From the NCBI GenBank assembly GCA_964603595.1, contig CAZRVN010000003.1, forward strand, positions 71,603 through 135,602: a stretch of 64,000 nt of DNA, in the 5' to 3' direction. The position numbers were made by a program, and so were the translations under genes. Positions 1 through 9,071 of the stretch are shown in pieces; the stretch's first letter is position 1; every line of letters begins with the position of its first letter. The stretch is from an uncultured Actinomycetota bacterium. GTDB taxonomy: Bacteria; Actinomycetota; Humimicrobiia; Humimicrobiales; Humimicrobiaceae. The notes below the pieces were generated by a model. It was not told the DNA's origin, made no database searches, and saw only the letters and a list, made by a program, of their open reading frames with translations.

Positions 1-1392
1 AAGAGTATTAAGAATATTTCCGGACCGCTGCTTCTTGTGGAGGGTGTTGAAGGTGTAAAGTATGATGAAATGGTTGATATTAGACTTGATGACGGCACAA
101 GAAGAAATGGTAAAGTACTTGAAGTTGACAGAAATAATGCACTAATACAGGTGTTTGAAGGTACATCCGGGATTGATTCCAAAAGTACAAGTGTGCGCTT
201 TCTGGGTAGAGGTACCCATATATATCTTTCTCCCGATATACTTGGAAAAGTCTTTACCGGGCTTGGGAAACCAATGACCGAAAGTGACAGAATTATTCCT
301 GAAGAGAGCAGGGATATAAACGGGGCACCTATAAACCCCTATGCAAGAGATTATCCCAATGAATTTATACAGACCGGAATATCATCTCTGGATGGATTGA
401 ATACTCTTGTAAGGGGTCAGAAACTGCCTATATTTTCCGGCTTTGGATTACCCCACAACCGTATTGCTTCTCAGATTGCAAGGCAGGCAAAGGTTCTTTC
501 TGATGAGGAAGAATTTGCTGTAGTTTTTGTAGCCATCGGGATTACCTTTGAAGAATCTGAATATTTTATTAATGATTTTAAAAAAACAGGTGCAATAGAA
601 AGAGCAGTCCTGGTGCTAAATCTTGCTGGTGACCCGGCAATTGAGAGGGTTGCAACACCGAGGGTTGGACTTACCTGTGCTGAATATCTTGCTTTTAAAA
701 AAGACATGCATGTACTGGTAATATTAACTGATATGACAAACTACTGCGAAGCTTTAAAGGAAATTTCGGCTGCAAGGAAGGAGATTCCTGGAAGAAGAGG
801 ATACCCGGGATATCTATATACTGACCTTGCTACTATTTATGAGAGAGCCGGTAGGATCAAAGGAAAGAAAGGTTCAATAACACAGATTCCAATCCTTTCA
901 ATGCCGGAGGATGATAAGACCCATCCAATTCCGGATCTTACAGGGTATATAACTGAAGGGCAGATTATATTATCAAGATCCCTTCATAAGAAAAAAGTAT
1001 CTCCACCTATAGATGTGCTACCGTCGCTTTCCCGCCTTAAAGATAAAGGGATAGGACAGGGCAAAACAAGGGAAGATCATGCAGATATATTTAACCAGTT
1101 GTATGCAGCATATGCGCGGGGTAAAGAAGTGGAAGAGCTGGCAGTTATACTTGGCGAGGCAGCGCTCACCGATATGGATAAGTTGTATCTGAGATTTGCA
1201 GAAAAATTTGAAGCAGAGTATGTATCTCAGGATGAGTATGAAAACAGAACCATAGACCAGACACTTGATTTAGGATGGAAGCTTTTAAGCATGTTCCCCA
1301 GAGGGGAATTGAAAAGGGTAAGTACCAAGTATCTTGATAAATATTTTTCAAGATTCAAGACCGAGAAAAAAGAAGAAGATGAAGGTAATTAG
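1..1392 (+). CDS. atpB: V-type ATP synthase subunit B, 5' partial: reading frame is open to the window start (…[19 protein letters not shown]…)
   Basis: Full-length match to the V/A-ATPase B-subunit pattern (GPLxxVEGV N-terminal barrel, nucleotide-binding core, PSLSRL C-terminal region). The frame-1 ORF continues upstream of position 1. Confidence 0.9.
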   Translation, partial: KSIKNISGPLLLVEGVEGVKYDEMVDIRLDDGTRRNGKVLEVDRNNALIQVFEGTSGIDSKSTSVRFLGRGTHIYLSPDILGKVFTGLGKPMTESDRIIPEESRDINGAPINPYARDYPNEFIQTGISSLDGLNTLVRGQKLPIFSGFGLPHNRIASQIARQAKVLSDEEEFAVVFVAIGITFEESEYFINDFKKTGAIERAVLVLNLAGDPAIERVATPRVGLTCAEYLAFKKDMHVLVILTDMTNYCEALKEISAARKEIPGRRGYPGYLYTDLATIYERAGRIKGKKGSITQIPILSMPEDDKTHPIPDLTGYITEGQIILSRSLHKKKVSPPIDVLPSLSRLKDKGIGQGKTREDHADIFNQLYAAYARGKEVEELAVILGEAALTDMDKLYLRFAEKFEAEYVSQDEYENRTIDQTLDLGWKLLSMFPRGELKRVSTKYLDKYFSRFKTEKKEEDEGN

Positions 1393-2013
1393 ATGCTTTT
1401 AAATGTAAATGCTAACAGAATGGAGCTTTTACGCTTGAGGAGAAGGCTGAGTCTTGCCCGCAGGGGGCATAAACTTCTTAAAGATAAAAGGGACGAGCTG
1501 ATGAGACGATGGCTCGGGTTAATAGACGAAGTTAAAAGACTCCGTCTTGAAATAGAAAAAGAGTTCCAGTCCATACTGGAAAAGTTTGTACTGGCAAAAG
1601 CAAGTAAAGGTGGCTATCAAACAGAACAGGAATTACTGTTGCCTTCAAAAAAAATAAAGGTTTCCGTTAAAAAGAAAAATATTATGAGTGTTAATATACC
1701 GGAATATACCAGTGAAATAAGCAATAAGATTCTCCCTTATGGTTATGTAAATACTTCAGGGGAGATGGATATTGCTCTTAGTGATTTTGAGAAATTTATA
1801 GATAAACTGCTTGGTCTTGCCGAAAAAGAGAAAATGCTGCAGCTTATGGCTCTGGAAATTGAGGAAACAAGAAGAAGAGTTAATGCTCTGGAATATAAAT
1901 TAATGCCCAACATATCTGATACCATAAATGCTATAACCATGAAGCTGGATGAAACCGAGCGTTCTAACCAGGTACGACTTATGAGGATAAGAGATATTAT
2001 AAGGGAAACCTGA
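1393..2013 (+). CDS. atpD: V-type ATP synthase subunit D
   Basis: About 200 aa, coiled-coil, Arg/Leu-rich. The N-terminus (NRMELLRLRRRLSLARRGHKLLKDKRDEL) is typical of V/A-ATPase subunit D. It starts 1 nt after atpB, as in the A-B-D gene order. Confidence 0.85.
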   Translation: MLLNVNANRMELLRLRRRLSLARRGHKLLKDKRDELMRRWLGLIDEVKRLRLEIEKEFQSILEKFVLAKASKGGYQTEQELLLPSKKIKVSVKKKNIMSVNIPEYTSEISNKILPYGYVNTSGEMDIALSDFEKFIDKLLGLAEKEKMLQLMALEIEETRRRVNALEYKLMPNISDTINAITMKLDETERSNQVRLMRIRDIIRET

Positions 2014-2017
2014 TTCT

Positions 2018-3310
2018 TTATACTCTGGTATAAATCGGGAAATCCCCGGCAAGACTTTTAACCTTTTCTCTTATATCCTTAAGCTTTGATTCGTTATTCC
2101 TGTTTTTTAAGGCTGAAGAAATTAATTCGCCGATTTTATGCATTTCTTCTATGCCCATTCCCTGGGTGGTAACTGCAGGGGTACCAATTCTGATGCCGCT
2201 TGCTATTGTAGGAGGGAGCTTGTCAAAGGGTATTACATTTTTGTTAACTATTATTCCTACAGAAGTCAGTGTTTCCACTGCTTCAGAACCGGTTATTTTT
2301 TTACTGGTTAAATCCAGCAGGGATAGATGATTGTCGGTGCCACCAAATACAATTCTGAAGTCCTCATTTTCCATATGCTCACAGAGAGCTTTAGAGTTTT
2401 CTATTATACGCCTACTGTATTCCTTAAATGAATCTTTTAGAGCTTCATTAAAAGCTACCGCTTTTGCTGCAATTATATGCATTAGCGGTCCTCCCTGGAC
2501 ACCGGGGAAAACTGATTTATCTATAAGTTTTGAATATTTTTTATCAGCAATAATCAATCCGCCTCTGGGTCCCCTTAAGGTTTTATGGGTAGTGGCGGTT
2601 GTAAAATCTGCTACTTTTACAGAATCAGGATGATAACCGCTTACAACCAGTCCTGCGATATGGGCTATATCAGCCATGAAGTAAGCACCTACTTCATAAG
2701 CGATTTCTCTGAATTTCTTGAAATCTATTGTCCGGGAGTAAGAGCTGGCTCCTGCTATGATGAGCTTGGGCCTTACAGTCTTGGCAATTTTTTTAATATC
2801 CTCATAGTCCAGTATTTCTGTTTCAGGGTCAACTGAGTAGCTATGTGTCTCGTAATATTTTCCCGTGAGATTAAGCTTATGCCCGTGAGAGAGATGCCCG
2901 CCAGCTCTCAGGTTCATTCCGAGTATTTTATCTCCACAATTCAGCACACCTAAAAATATGGCAAAATTAGCGCACACTCCACTGTGGGGCTGCACATTAC
3001 AGTAATTGGAGCCAAACAGCTTATTGGCCCTGTCTATGGCTAATTGCTCGGCTTCATCAACATTCTCGCAACCTGCGTAATATCTTGCACCCGGGTAACC
3101 CTCTGCATATTTATTGGTAAGTACCGAGCCCATGGTCCTAATAACTTCCTGGGAAGCGAAATTTTCGGAAGCTATAAGAATAATCTGGCTTTTTTGCCGT
3201 TCTATTTCATTATTTATTATTCTTTTTATCTCTGCGTCTTCCTCTGTGCTGAAAGTGTGGTTTTTATGTTTTGCAGAATAAGTCATTGTAGGGTCAATTC
3301 CTTTCCTCAA
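2018..3310 (-). CDS. glyA: serine hydroxymethyltransferase
   Basis: Conserved SHMT motifs (ASENF, TTTTHKTLRGPRGG with the PLP lysine). The real start is probably the internal Met (MTYSAK…) at ~3286. Confidence 0.92.
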   Translation of the reverse strand: MRKGIDPTMTYSAKHKNHTFSTEEDAEIKRIINNEIERQKSQIILIASENFASQEVIRTMGSVLTNKYAEGYPGARYYAGCENVDEAEQLAIDRANKLFGSNYCNVQPHSGVCANFAIFLGVLNCGDKILGMNLRAGGHLSHGHKLNLTGKYYETHSYSVDPETEILDYEDIKKIAKTVRPKLIIAGASSYSRTIDFKKFREIAYEVGAYFMADIAHIAGLVVSGYHPDSVKVADFTTATTHKTLRGPRGGLIIADKKYSKLIDKSVFPGVQGGPLMHIIAAKAVAFNEALKDSFKEYSRRIIENSKALCEHMENEDFRIVFGGTDNHLSLLDLTSKKITGSEAVETLTSVGIIVNKNVIPFDKLPPTIASGIRIGTPAVTTQGMGIEEMHKIGELISSALKNRNNESKLKDIREKVKSLAGDFPIYTRV

Positions 3311-3740
3311 TTATTTTTATTTTATTAATTCTTCTTAAATGCCTTTCCTCACTGGCTGAAGGGGTTGCCAGAAAAGTTTTTGTTATTTCAATGCACTTTT
3401 CCAGTGGCAGCAGTCTTGTCCCTAAAGAAAGAACATTTGCACCGTTATGGGTTCTGGCAAGTTCTGCAGTTTCAACACTCCAGCAAGAGGCACACCTTAT
3501 ACCTTTTATTTTATTAGCGGCTATGTCCATACCAATGCCGGACCCGCATAGAAGTATTCCAATATCGGCCTGTCTCCCGGCTACAATTTTTGAGGCCTTT
3601 TCTGCAAAATCTGGATAGTCAACACTTTCGCTGCTGTTGGTCCCTACATCCAATACGCTGTGACCCATGGATTTAATTGCTTTAATTAAACCGGTTTTGT
3701 AAACAAAACCGGCATGGTCTGTACCTATAACAACTTTCAT
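3294..3740 (-). CDS. rpiB: ribose-5-phosphate isomerase B (RpiB/LacAB family)
   Basis: 148 aa with the RpiB signature N-terminus (MKVVIGTDHAGF…) and CGSGIGM. Lies upstream of glyA on the same strand. Confidence 0.85.
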   Translation of the reverse strand: MKVVIGTDHAGFVYKTGLIKAIKSMGHSVLDVGTNSSESVDYPDFAEKASKIVAGRQADIGILLCGSGIGMDIAANKIKGIRCASCWSVETAELARTHNGANVLSLGTRLLPLEKCIEITKTFLATPSASEERHLRRINKIKIIEERN

Positions 3741-3992
3741 TAAAATGCTCCCCTTTTAAAATTTTAAAATAATTTCCTTATTTATAAATGTTTATTGCCT
3801 GATGATTAACCTATATAACCTGTATTATTATATTCTAATTTGCAATATAATCAAAAAATGTCATTTTTTTATTTGATAGATTTGTCTTTATTTAAATCAT
3901 TTAAAATCCGGCATAAAAAGTAAAAAAATCCTTTAAAAATCCGGGTTATCAAATTTTTAAGCAATTATTTCTGGCCGGCCAATGACAGCTTC

Positions 3993-4643
3993 TTATTTTT
4001 TTGTTTTCCCGGCAATATCTGCAAACTTAATTTTACCTTCCCTTATCAAAACAGGACTGCCCCCTGTCACATTGATAATAGTTGATTCAACTCCCGGGAG
4101 GGCGGATTGGTAATCTACTACAAGGTCTACATTATTCCTAATTGAGGAAGGTATTTCCTCAACTTTTACGGGGTGCTTTTTTGTTCCTGAAATAGTGGCA
4201 CTTGTAGATACAACAGGACCGCAGATATTTATCAAATCCCTTAAGAATTTGAGTTCGGCCATTCTAAGGGCGATTGTGGGGCAGTCGCCGGTAATAAATT
4301 TTCTTAAATATTTTTTTTTATTAAAAACCAGGGTAAGCGGTTGCGGGTCTTTGATGTTCCAGAACCTGTTTATTATGCTTTCAGCAGCTGGGCTTATATC
4401 CCGGGTAAAGGTTTTTAAATCGTTAAGTTTTGAAATTAATATTATAAAGGGCAGTGTTCTATCCCTTTTTTTTATTCTGTAGATTCTTCTTATGGCGTCT
4501 CTGCTGTCGTATCTGCAGCTTATTCCATATACTGTTCCGGTGGGAAGAATTAATACTTTGTCTTCTGATATTGCTACAGCGATTTTCTTTATTAAAAAAG
4601 ACCTTTCAATTTTATGAAGATTGTTAATTTTTATCATGTCCAT
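3993..4643 (-). CDS. tsaC: L-threonylcarbamoyladenylate synthase, YrdC/TsaC type (single domain)
   Basis: 216 aa YrdC fold (…ILPTGTVYGISCRYDSRDAIRRIYRIKKR…). There is no Sua5 C-terminal domain. Confidence 0.7.
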   Translation of the reverse strand: MDMIKINNLHKIERSFLIKKIAVAISEDKVLILPTGTVYGISCRYDSRDAIRRIYRIKKRDRTLPFIILISKLNDLKTFTRDISPAAESIINRFWNIKDPQPLTLVFNKKKYLRKFITGDCPTIALRMAELKFLRDLINICGPVVSTSATISGTKKHPVKVEEIPSSIRNNVDLVVDYQSALPGVESTIINVTGGSPVLIREGKIKFADIAGKTKK

Positions 4644-4850
4644 AAATATATTCTCAATTTTTTTTAGTATATAACATTTTTTTTGCCATGAAAACGAGAG
4701 GCAAGCACAGGTACAGGCGGGGGTTTATTGAAACTACTTGGCATTTTAATAAATAAGATTTAGTATAGCATAGAAAGTCTATCATTATTTCAGTAAATAA
4801 TAGGGTAAGAAAGATAGTTTTTTTATAATTCATTTAGATAGAGTTAAAAA

Positions 4851-5306
4851 ATGGCAGACGCACGTCCATCCTGGAATGAATATTTTGCAACGATAACAAG
4901 GCAGGTAGCATCAAGGTCTACCTGTTTGAGAAGAAAAGTCGGTGCAATTATAGTAAAAGATAAGAGGATTCTTGCAACCGGTTATAATGGCGCCCCGAGG
5001 GGGGTAAGGAGCAGTCTTGAAATAGGAAAATGCCTGAGGGAAGAGCTTGGAATACCTTCCGGGGAAAGGCATGAAATTTGCCGCGGTCTTCATGCAGAAC
5101 AGAATGCAGTAATTCAAGCAGCATACTATGGAATACAGATTAAAGATTCTGTTATTTACACTACTCACCAGCCCTGTGTTTTGTGTGCAAAAATGATAAT
5201 AAATGCGGGGATTAAAAAAATATACTATTTTGAGGAATATCCTGATAAGCTTGCGGTAGAACTTCTCAATGAAGCAGGGGTTGAATTAATAAAGCTTGAT
5301 CTTTGA
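4851..5306 (+). CDS. dCMP deaminase (ComEB-like CMP/dCMP zinc deaminase)
   Basis: HAEQNA…PCVLCAKMI zinc-binding deaminase motifs. At 151 aa it is dCMP-deaminase size. Confidence 0.75.
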   Translation: MADARPSWNEYFATITRQVASRSTCLRRKVGAIIVKDKRILATGYNGAPRGVRSSLEIGKCLREELGIPSGERHEICRGLHAEQNAVIQAAYYGIQIKDSVIYTTHQPCVLCAKMIINAGIKKIYYFEEYPDKLAVELLNEAGVELIKLDL

Positions 5307-5585
5307 TTAAATTTTTCTTGATACCGCAATGTCAAAAGCAACAATTAAAGATCCTTTAAATTCCATGGTCTATATCCTCCCCGAGTCTAATTTATCTTAT
5401 ATTTCTTCTTTCTTTAATACCAGATGAAGTAATTCTATGCAAGCATTAATATATTGGATTTATCTCAGGGGTAAACGAATGTATCATTTACCTGGTATTA
5501 TTATAATTTTTAGAATAATTGGTAATGGTCTTTGATATTAGATTCCTCAATCATTATTGCCAGGGTGTGTTTTAAGGCAAAACCG

Positions 5586-5621
5586 CTGTTGTTTTTTAAT
5601 TAATCTTTATTTGTTATAATA
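5586..5621 (+). promoter_or_regulatory. candidate sigma-70-like promoter upstream of murA (TATAAT at 5615-5620)
   Basis: Perfect -10 hexamer about 35 nt upstream of the murA start. The -35 region is weak and AT-rich. Confidence 0.25.
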
Positions 5622-5654
5622 TCCCTTACTTTTTACTGGAGGTAATATTTTATA

Positions 5655-6935
5655 ATGGAAAAATTTGTTATAAATGGCGGAAAAACACTCTCAGGAAGGA
5701 TTAGAATAAGCGGTGCCAAAAATTCTGCCTTAAAATTAATAGCTGCTTCAATACTGGCTGATAGCAAGACCACATTGAGAAATATACCTGCAATCGAGGA
5801 TGTCAGTATTATGGTGGAAATGCTTAAAACCCTTGGGGCTAAGGTAGATGTTGACAGGGATAACAAAGTAATTGAAATTGGCCCTGAAAGTATCAATAGC
5901 CACGAGGCACCTTATGAACTGGTGAGGAAGATGAGGGCTTCAATACTGGTAGCAGGTCCGCTGTTAAGCAGGTACGGCAGGGTTAAAGTAGCTATTCCCG
6001 GCGGCTGCAATATTGGCTCCAGGCATATTGACCTGCACCTTAAAGGTTTTGAAGATTTAGGAGCAATATATTCAGTGGAGCATGGATATGTTAATTGCCA
6101 GACTGATAGTAATAAAGCAGGAGGAAGGCTTTCCGGAGCTACAATTAATCTTGAATTTCCTTCCAGGGGGGCTACTGAAAATATAATGATGGCATCAGCT
6201 TTAGCAGAGGGGCAGACAGTTATAAAAAATGCAGCAAGGGAACCCGAAATAATTGATCTTGCCTGTTTCCTGAATTCAATGGGCGCGGAAATTCAGGGAG
6301 CAGGAACTGAATGCATTACGATAAATGGTGTTAAATCCTTAAGAGGGACAGAGTACGAAGTCATGCCAGACAGTATTGAGGCAGGTACTTTTATAACTGC
6401 AGCAGTTTTATGCGGGGATGATATAGTAATAGAGAATGCAAGATGGAAAAATCTTGAAATATTTTATAATAAGTTGAAAGAAATCGGGGCGAACGTATCT
6501 GTAATTGATGAAAACAATATAAAAGCGGGGAGGCCATTGACTGAGTATAAGCCAACTAATATAAGTACTCTGCCATATCCCGGTTTCCCAACTGACCTGC
6601 AGCCAATAATTACTGTTCTCCTTTCCATTGTCCCCGGGGTATCTGTGGTAACGGAGAATGTTTTTGAAAACAGGTTTATGTATGTTGATGAGTTAAACAG
6701 GATGGGAGCTAATATAAAAATTGATGGGCATCATGCTGTAATAAAAGGAACTGATAAATTATCAAGTGCACCGGTCAGGTCATTTGACCTAAGGGCAGGA
6801 GCGGCTTTGGTGCTGGCGGGTCTTGTAGCCGAGGGATATACGGAAGTCAGCGATATATATCATATTAAAAGAGGTTATGAAGACATTGAGGTAAAACTGC
6901 GTTCAGTTGGAGCAGATATAAAGATAGAGAAGTAG
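5655..6935 (+). CDS. murA: UDP-N-acetylglucosamine 1-carboxyvinyltransferase
   Basis: 426 aa. MurA/EPSP-synthase fold with conserved GAKNSALK and the catalytic Cys loop (GGCNIGSRHIDLH). Confidence 0.92.
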   Translation: MEKFVINGGKTLSGRIRISGAKNSALKLIAASILADSKTTLRNIPAIEDVSIMVEMLKTLGAKVDVDRDNKVIEIGPESINSHEAPYELVRKMRASILVAGPLLSRYGRVKVAIPGGCNIGSRHIDLHLKGFEDLGAIYSVEHGYVNCQTDSNKAGGRLSGATINLEFPSRGATENIMMASALAEGQTVIKNAAREPEIIDLACFLNSMGAEIQGAGTECITINGVKSLRGTEYEVMPDSIEAGTFITAAVLCGDDIVIENARWKNLEIFYNKLKEIGANVSVIDENNIKAGRPLTEYKPTNISTLPYPGFPTDLQPIITVLLSIVPGVSVVTENVFENRFMYVDELNRMGANIKIDGHHAVIKGTDKLSSAPVRSFDLRAGAALVLAGLVAEGYTEVSDIYHIKRGYEDIEVKLRSVGADIKIEK

Positions 6936-6982
6936 GACAGCAGCAGGTATTATCACAGAATTTATTAGTGGAACTCGTATAA

Positions 6983-9031
6983 ATGAAAAAAACAAAGATG
7001 GAAAATAAAAGCAGTGCGGAAAATAGTACAGGGGGTAGAGCAGCAAGGAAGGGATTTAAGAAATTACCTTTATATCTGAGAATAATAATAATAGTTTTAT
7101 CTTCCATAATTATTATTAGTGGCGCAGGCGCAGGAGCTTTCTTTTTTTATATTAATTCAATGAACAGGAAGATAAACTCCGGTGCTGGGGCAGAAAGCCA
7201 GGATTTTCTTGCTCCCATAGAATCACCGGAGGAACCGGTTACAATCCTTGTGCTTGGAAGAGATACAAGGGATGTTGAGAATGAAGCAGGAAGGGCTGAT
7301 ATAATAATGCTTTTCTACCTGGACCCTGTAAAAGGTTCAAGCACCCTGCTCTCAATACCCAGGGATTGCCTGGTTGAAATACCAGGTTATGGAGAAGATA
7401 AGATAAATGCTGCTTATGCTTATGGCAGGGAAGAACTTATGATAAAAACAGTTAATTCTTTTCTGGGAGCTGAAATAAATCATTATGTAACTCTTGATTT
7501 TGATGGATTTATAGAACTGATTGATGCACTGGACGGGGTGGATATTACGATTGAAAGGCCCATGGTGGACCCTAAAACCGGTGCTAATTTTTCTCCCGGT
7601 AACCATCATCTTACTGGAGAGCAAGCACTTTCATATACAAGAAGCAGGTCTACCGAACTGGGGGATATTGGCAGGATTCAGAGGCAGCAGCAGTTGTTTA
7701 AAGAGATAATAAAACAGAAGCTGAATATCAAATATTTATCAAGCGTCCCCTACTATTTTAATATTCTGGCAGAAAACACAATTACGAATCTTGATATCTT
7801 AACTCTACTTAAATACTCAAAAGCAGTACTATCATTTGAATCTGAAAATTTTAAAACTGCAATTATACCCTCTCGTTCAGACTGGATAAAGGATAATACC
7901 ATAAGCGTGCAGATTCCAGATACCGAAGAGACAAGAGCCATGTGGCAGAGGGTTATAAATGGTGAGCCGGTAAGCAAATATAATGCAGAATATTCAGATG
8001 TAGATGAAATACCAGCTTCAATGACCCAGAACAATGAGTATAAATTTAAAATAAAAGTAAAGAATACGGGTGCACTTGATTGGAATAAAGATGGCGAGCA
8101 CCCGGTTTATCTCGGCTACCACTGGATAGATTTTAATAGCGGGAAAACAGTAGTTCTTGATGGCAAGAGAAGCATTATTCCACAGAGCGGGGTTAGTGCA
8201 GGAGATGAGGTAATATTTGACCTGACTGTAATATCCCCTTCAGAAGAAGGTGAATTTATTCTACAGGTAGACCTGGTGCATGAGGGCATAACATGGTTTT
8301 CTTCCCAAGGTGTTCCTGCCCTGGAGAGATATGTATCAATTGACCTATCCTATGGTGCTAAATATGATGATGGGGGTAATACCCCGAATTATCTGGACCC
8401 GGGCGAGGAGTTTGAAGTTACAGTTAAGATAAAAAATAATGGGTTTCTGGTATGGGAATCATCAGGAAGAGAAAGGGTGGACCTCGGAACTCACTGGATT
8501 GACAGGGATACGGGGGAAGTTGTTGTATGGGACGGCGAAAGGGGACTTATTTCTTCAGATGTCTCTCATGGAGAAGAGACAGAGGTTAAGATAACAATAA
8601 ATGCACCTGATAAGCCCGGTAATTATACACTGCAGTATGATATGGCGCACGAAAGAGTTACCTGGTTTTCGGATAAGGGTGTTATACCGCTTGAAGTTGA
8701 CATAGATGTAGGCAGGACTGTAGATGAAAGTATTGCCGGAGAAACAACAGTAAAATTATTTAATGGCAATGGGGTACCCGGTGCTGCAGGTGAAATTGAG
8801 GAATATCTGGAGAGTTATAGTTTTAAGGTATATTCTCTTTCCAACGCAGAGGACTTCAATTTTAAAGAGAGCATAATTATATATAATGAAGGATGCAAGG
8901 AAAAAGCCGAGGAGCTATCGTTTGCTTTTGATAATTTAAAAATTTATGAATATAATAAGACATGGGATTTTTACAGGACTGATGCGGATTTGATATTTAT
9001 AACAGGGAAAGATTACAGTGAAATAATGTAA
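6983..9031 (+). CDS. LytR-CpsA-Psr (LCP) family cell-wall polymer phosphotransferase with two internal beta-sandwich repeats and a C-terminal LytR_C domain
   Basis: Short cytoplasmic N-terminus and one TM. LCP core: ILVLGRDTRD…RADIIMLFYLDP…LLSIPRDCLVEIPGYG. Two ~105-aa tandem homologous repeats follow, then LytR_C (VKLFNGNGVPGAAGEIEEYL…). Confidence 0.8.
   Translation: MKKTKMENKSSAENSTGGRAARKGFKKLPLYLRIIIIVLSSIIIISGAGAGAFFFYINSMNRKINSGAGAESQDFLAPIESPEEPVTILVLGRDTRDVENEAGRADIIMLFYLDPVKGSSTLLSIPRDCLVEIPGYGEDKINAAYAYGREELMIKTVNSFLGAEINHYVTLDFDGFIELIDALDGVDITIERPMVDPKTGANFSPGNHHLTGEQALSYTRSRSTELGDIGRIQRQQQLFKEIIKQKLNIKYLSSVPYYFNILAENTITNLDILTLLKYSKAVLSFESENFKTAIIPSRSDWIKDNTISVQIPDTEETRAMWQRVINGEPVSKYNAEYSDVDEIPASMTQNNEYKFKIKVKNTGALDWNKDGEHPVYLGYHWIDFNSGKTVVLDGKRSIIPQSGVSAGDEVIFDLTVISPSEEGEFILQVDLVHEGITWFSSQGVPALERYVSIDLSYGAKYDDGGNTPNYLDPGEEFEVTVKIKNNGFLVWESSGRERVDLGTHWIDRDTGEVVVWDGERGLISSDVSHGEETEVKITINAPDKPGNYTLQYDMAHERVTWFSDKGVIPLEVDIDVGRTVDESIAGETTVKLFNGNGVPGAAGEIEEYLESYSFKVYSLSNAEDFNFKESIIIYNEGCKEKAEELSFAFDNLKIYEYNKTWDFYRTDADLIFITGKDYSEIM
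8033..8710 (+). other. two tandem ~105-aa NBR1/Ig-like beta-sandwich repeats encoded inside the LCP gene (≈8033-8347 and ≈8390-8710)
   Basis: Protein-level internal repeat. Compare KIKVKNTGALDWNKDGEHPVYLGYHWIDFNSGKTVVLDGKRSIIPQSGVSAGDEVIFDLTVISPSEEGEFILQVDLVHEGITWFS with VKIKNNGFLVWESSGRERVDLGTHWIDRDTGEVVVWDGERGLISSDVSHGEETEVKITINAPDKPGNYTLQYDMAHERVTWFS. Confidence 0.6.
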
Positions 9032-9071
9032 TAATTTTTATGTTTTTGCTTTTATACTTTGAAATGAGTCA

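Noticed and set aside
471-1940. Short antisense ORFs inside atpB/atpD (471-707-, 1166-1351-, 1389-1574-, 1743-1940-), and the many similar 60-150-aa ORFs on the opposite strand of long genes throughout the track
   Set aside because: They lie fully inside well-supported longer genes on the other strand and have low-complexity, non-protein-like translations with no start context. These are typical shadow ORFs of AT-rich coding DNA.
2035-2055. Hairpin-like cgggaaatccccg near the atpD/glyA junction as a bidirectional terminator
   Set aside because: It lies inside the 3' coding end of glyA, has a short GC stem and no flanking T-tract. It is more likely coincidental.
3975-3982. GGCCGGCC perfect palindrome
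   Set aside because: A single 8-bp GC palindrome at the tsaC 3' end with no partner sites. It is a chance or restriction-site-like occurrence, not a regulatory repeat.
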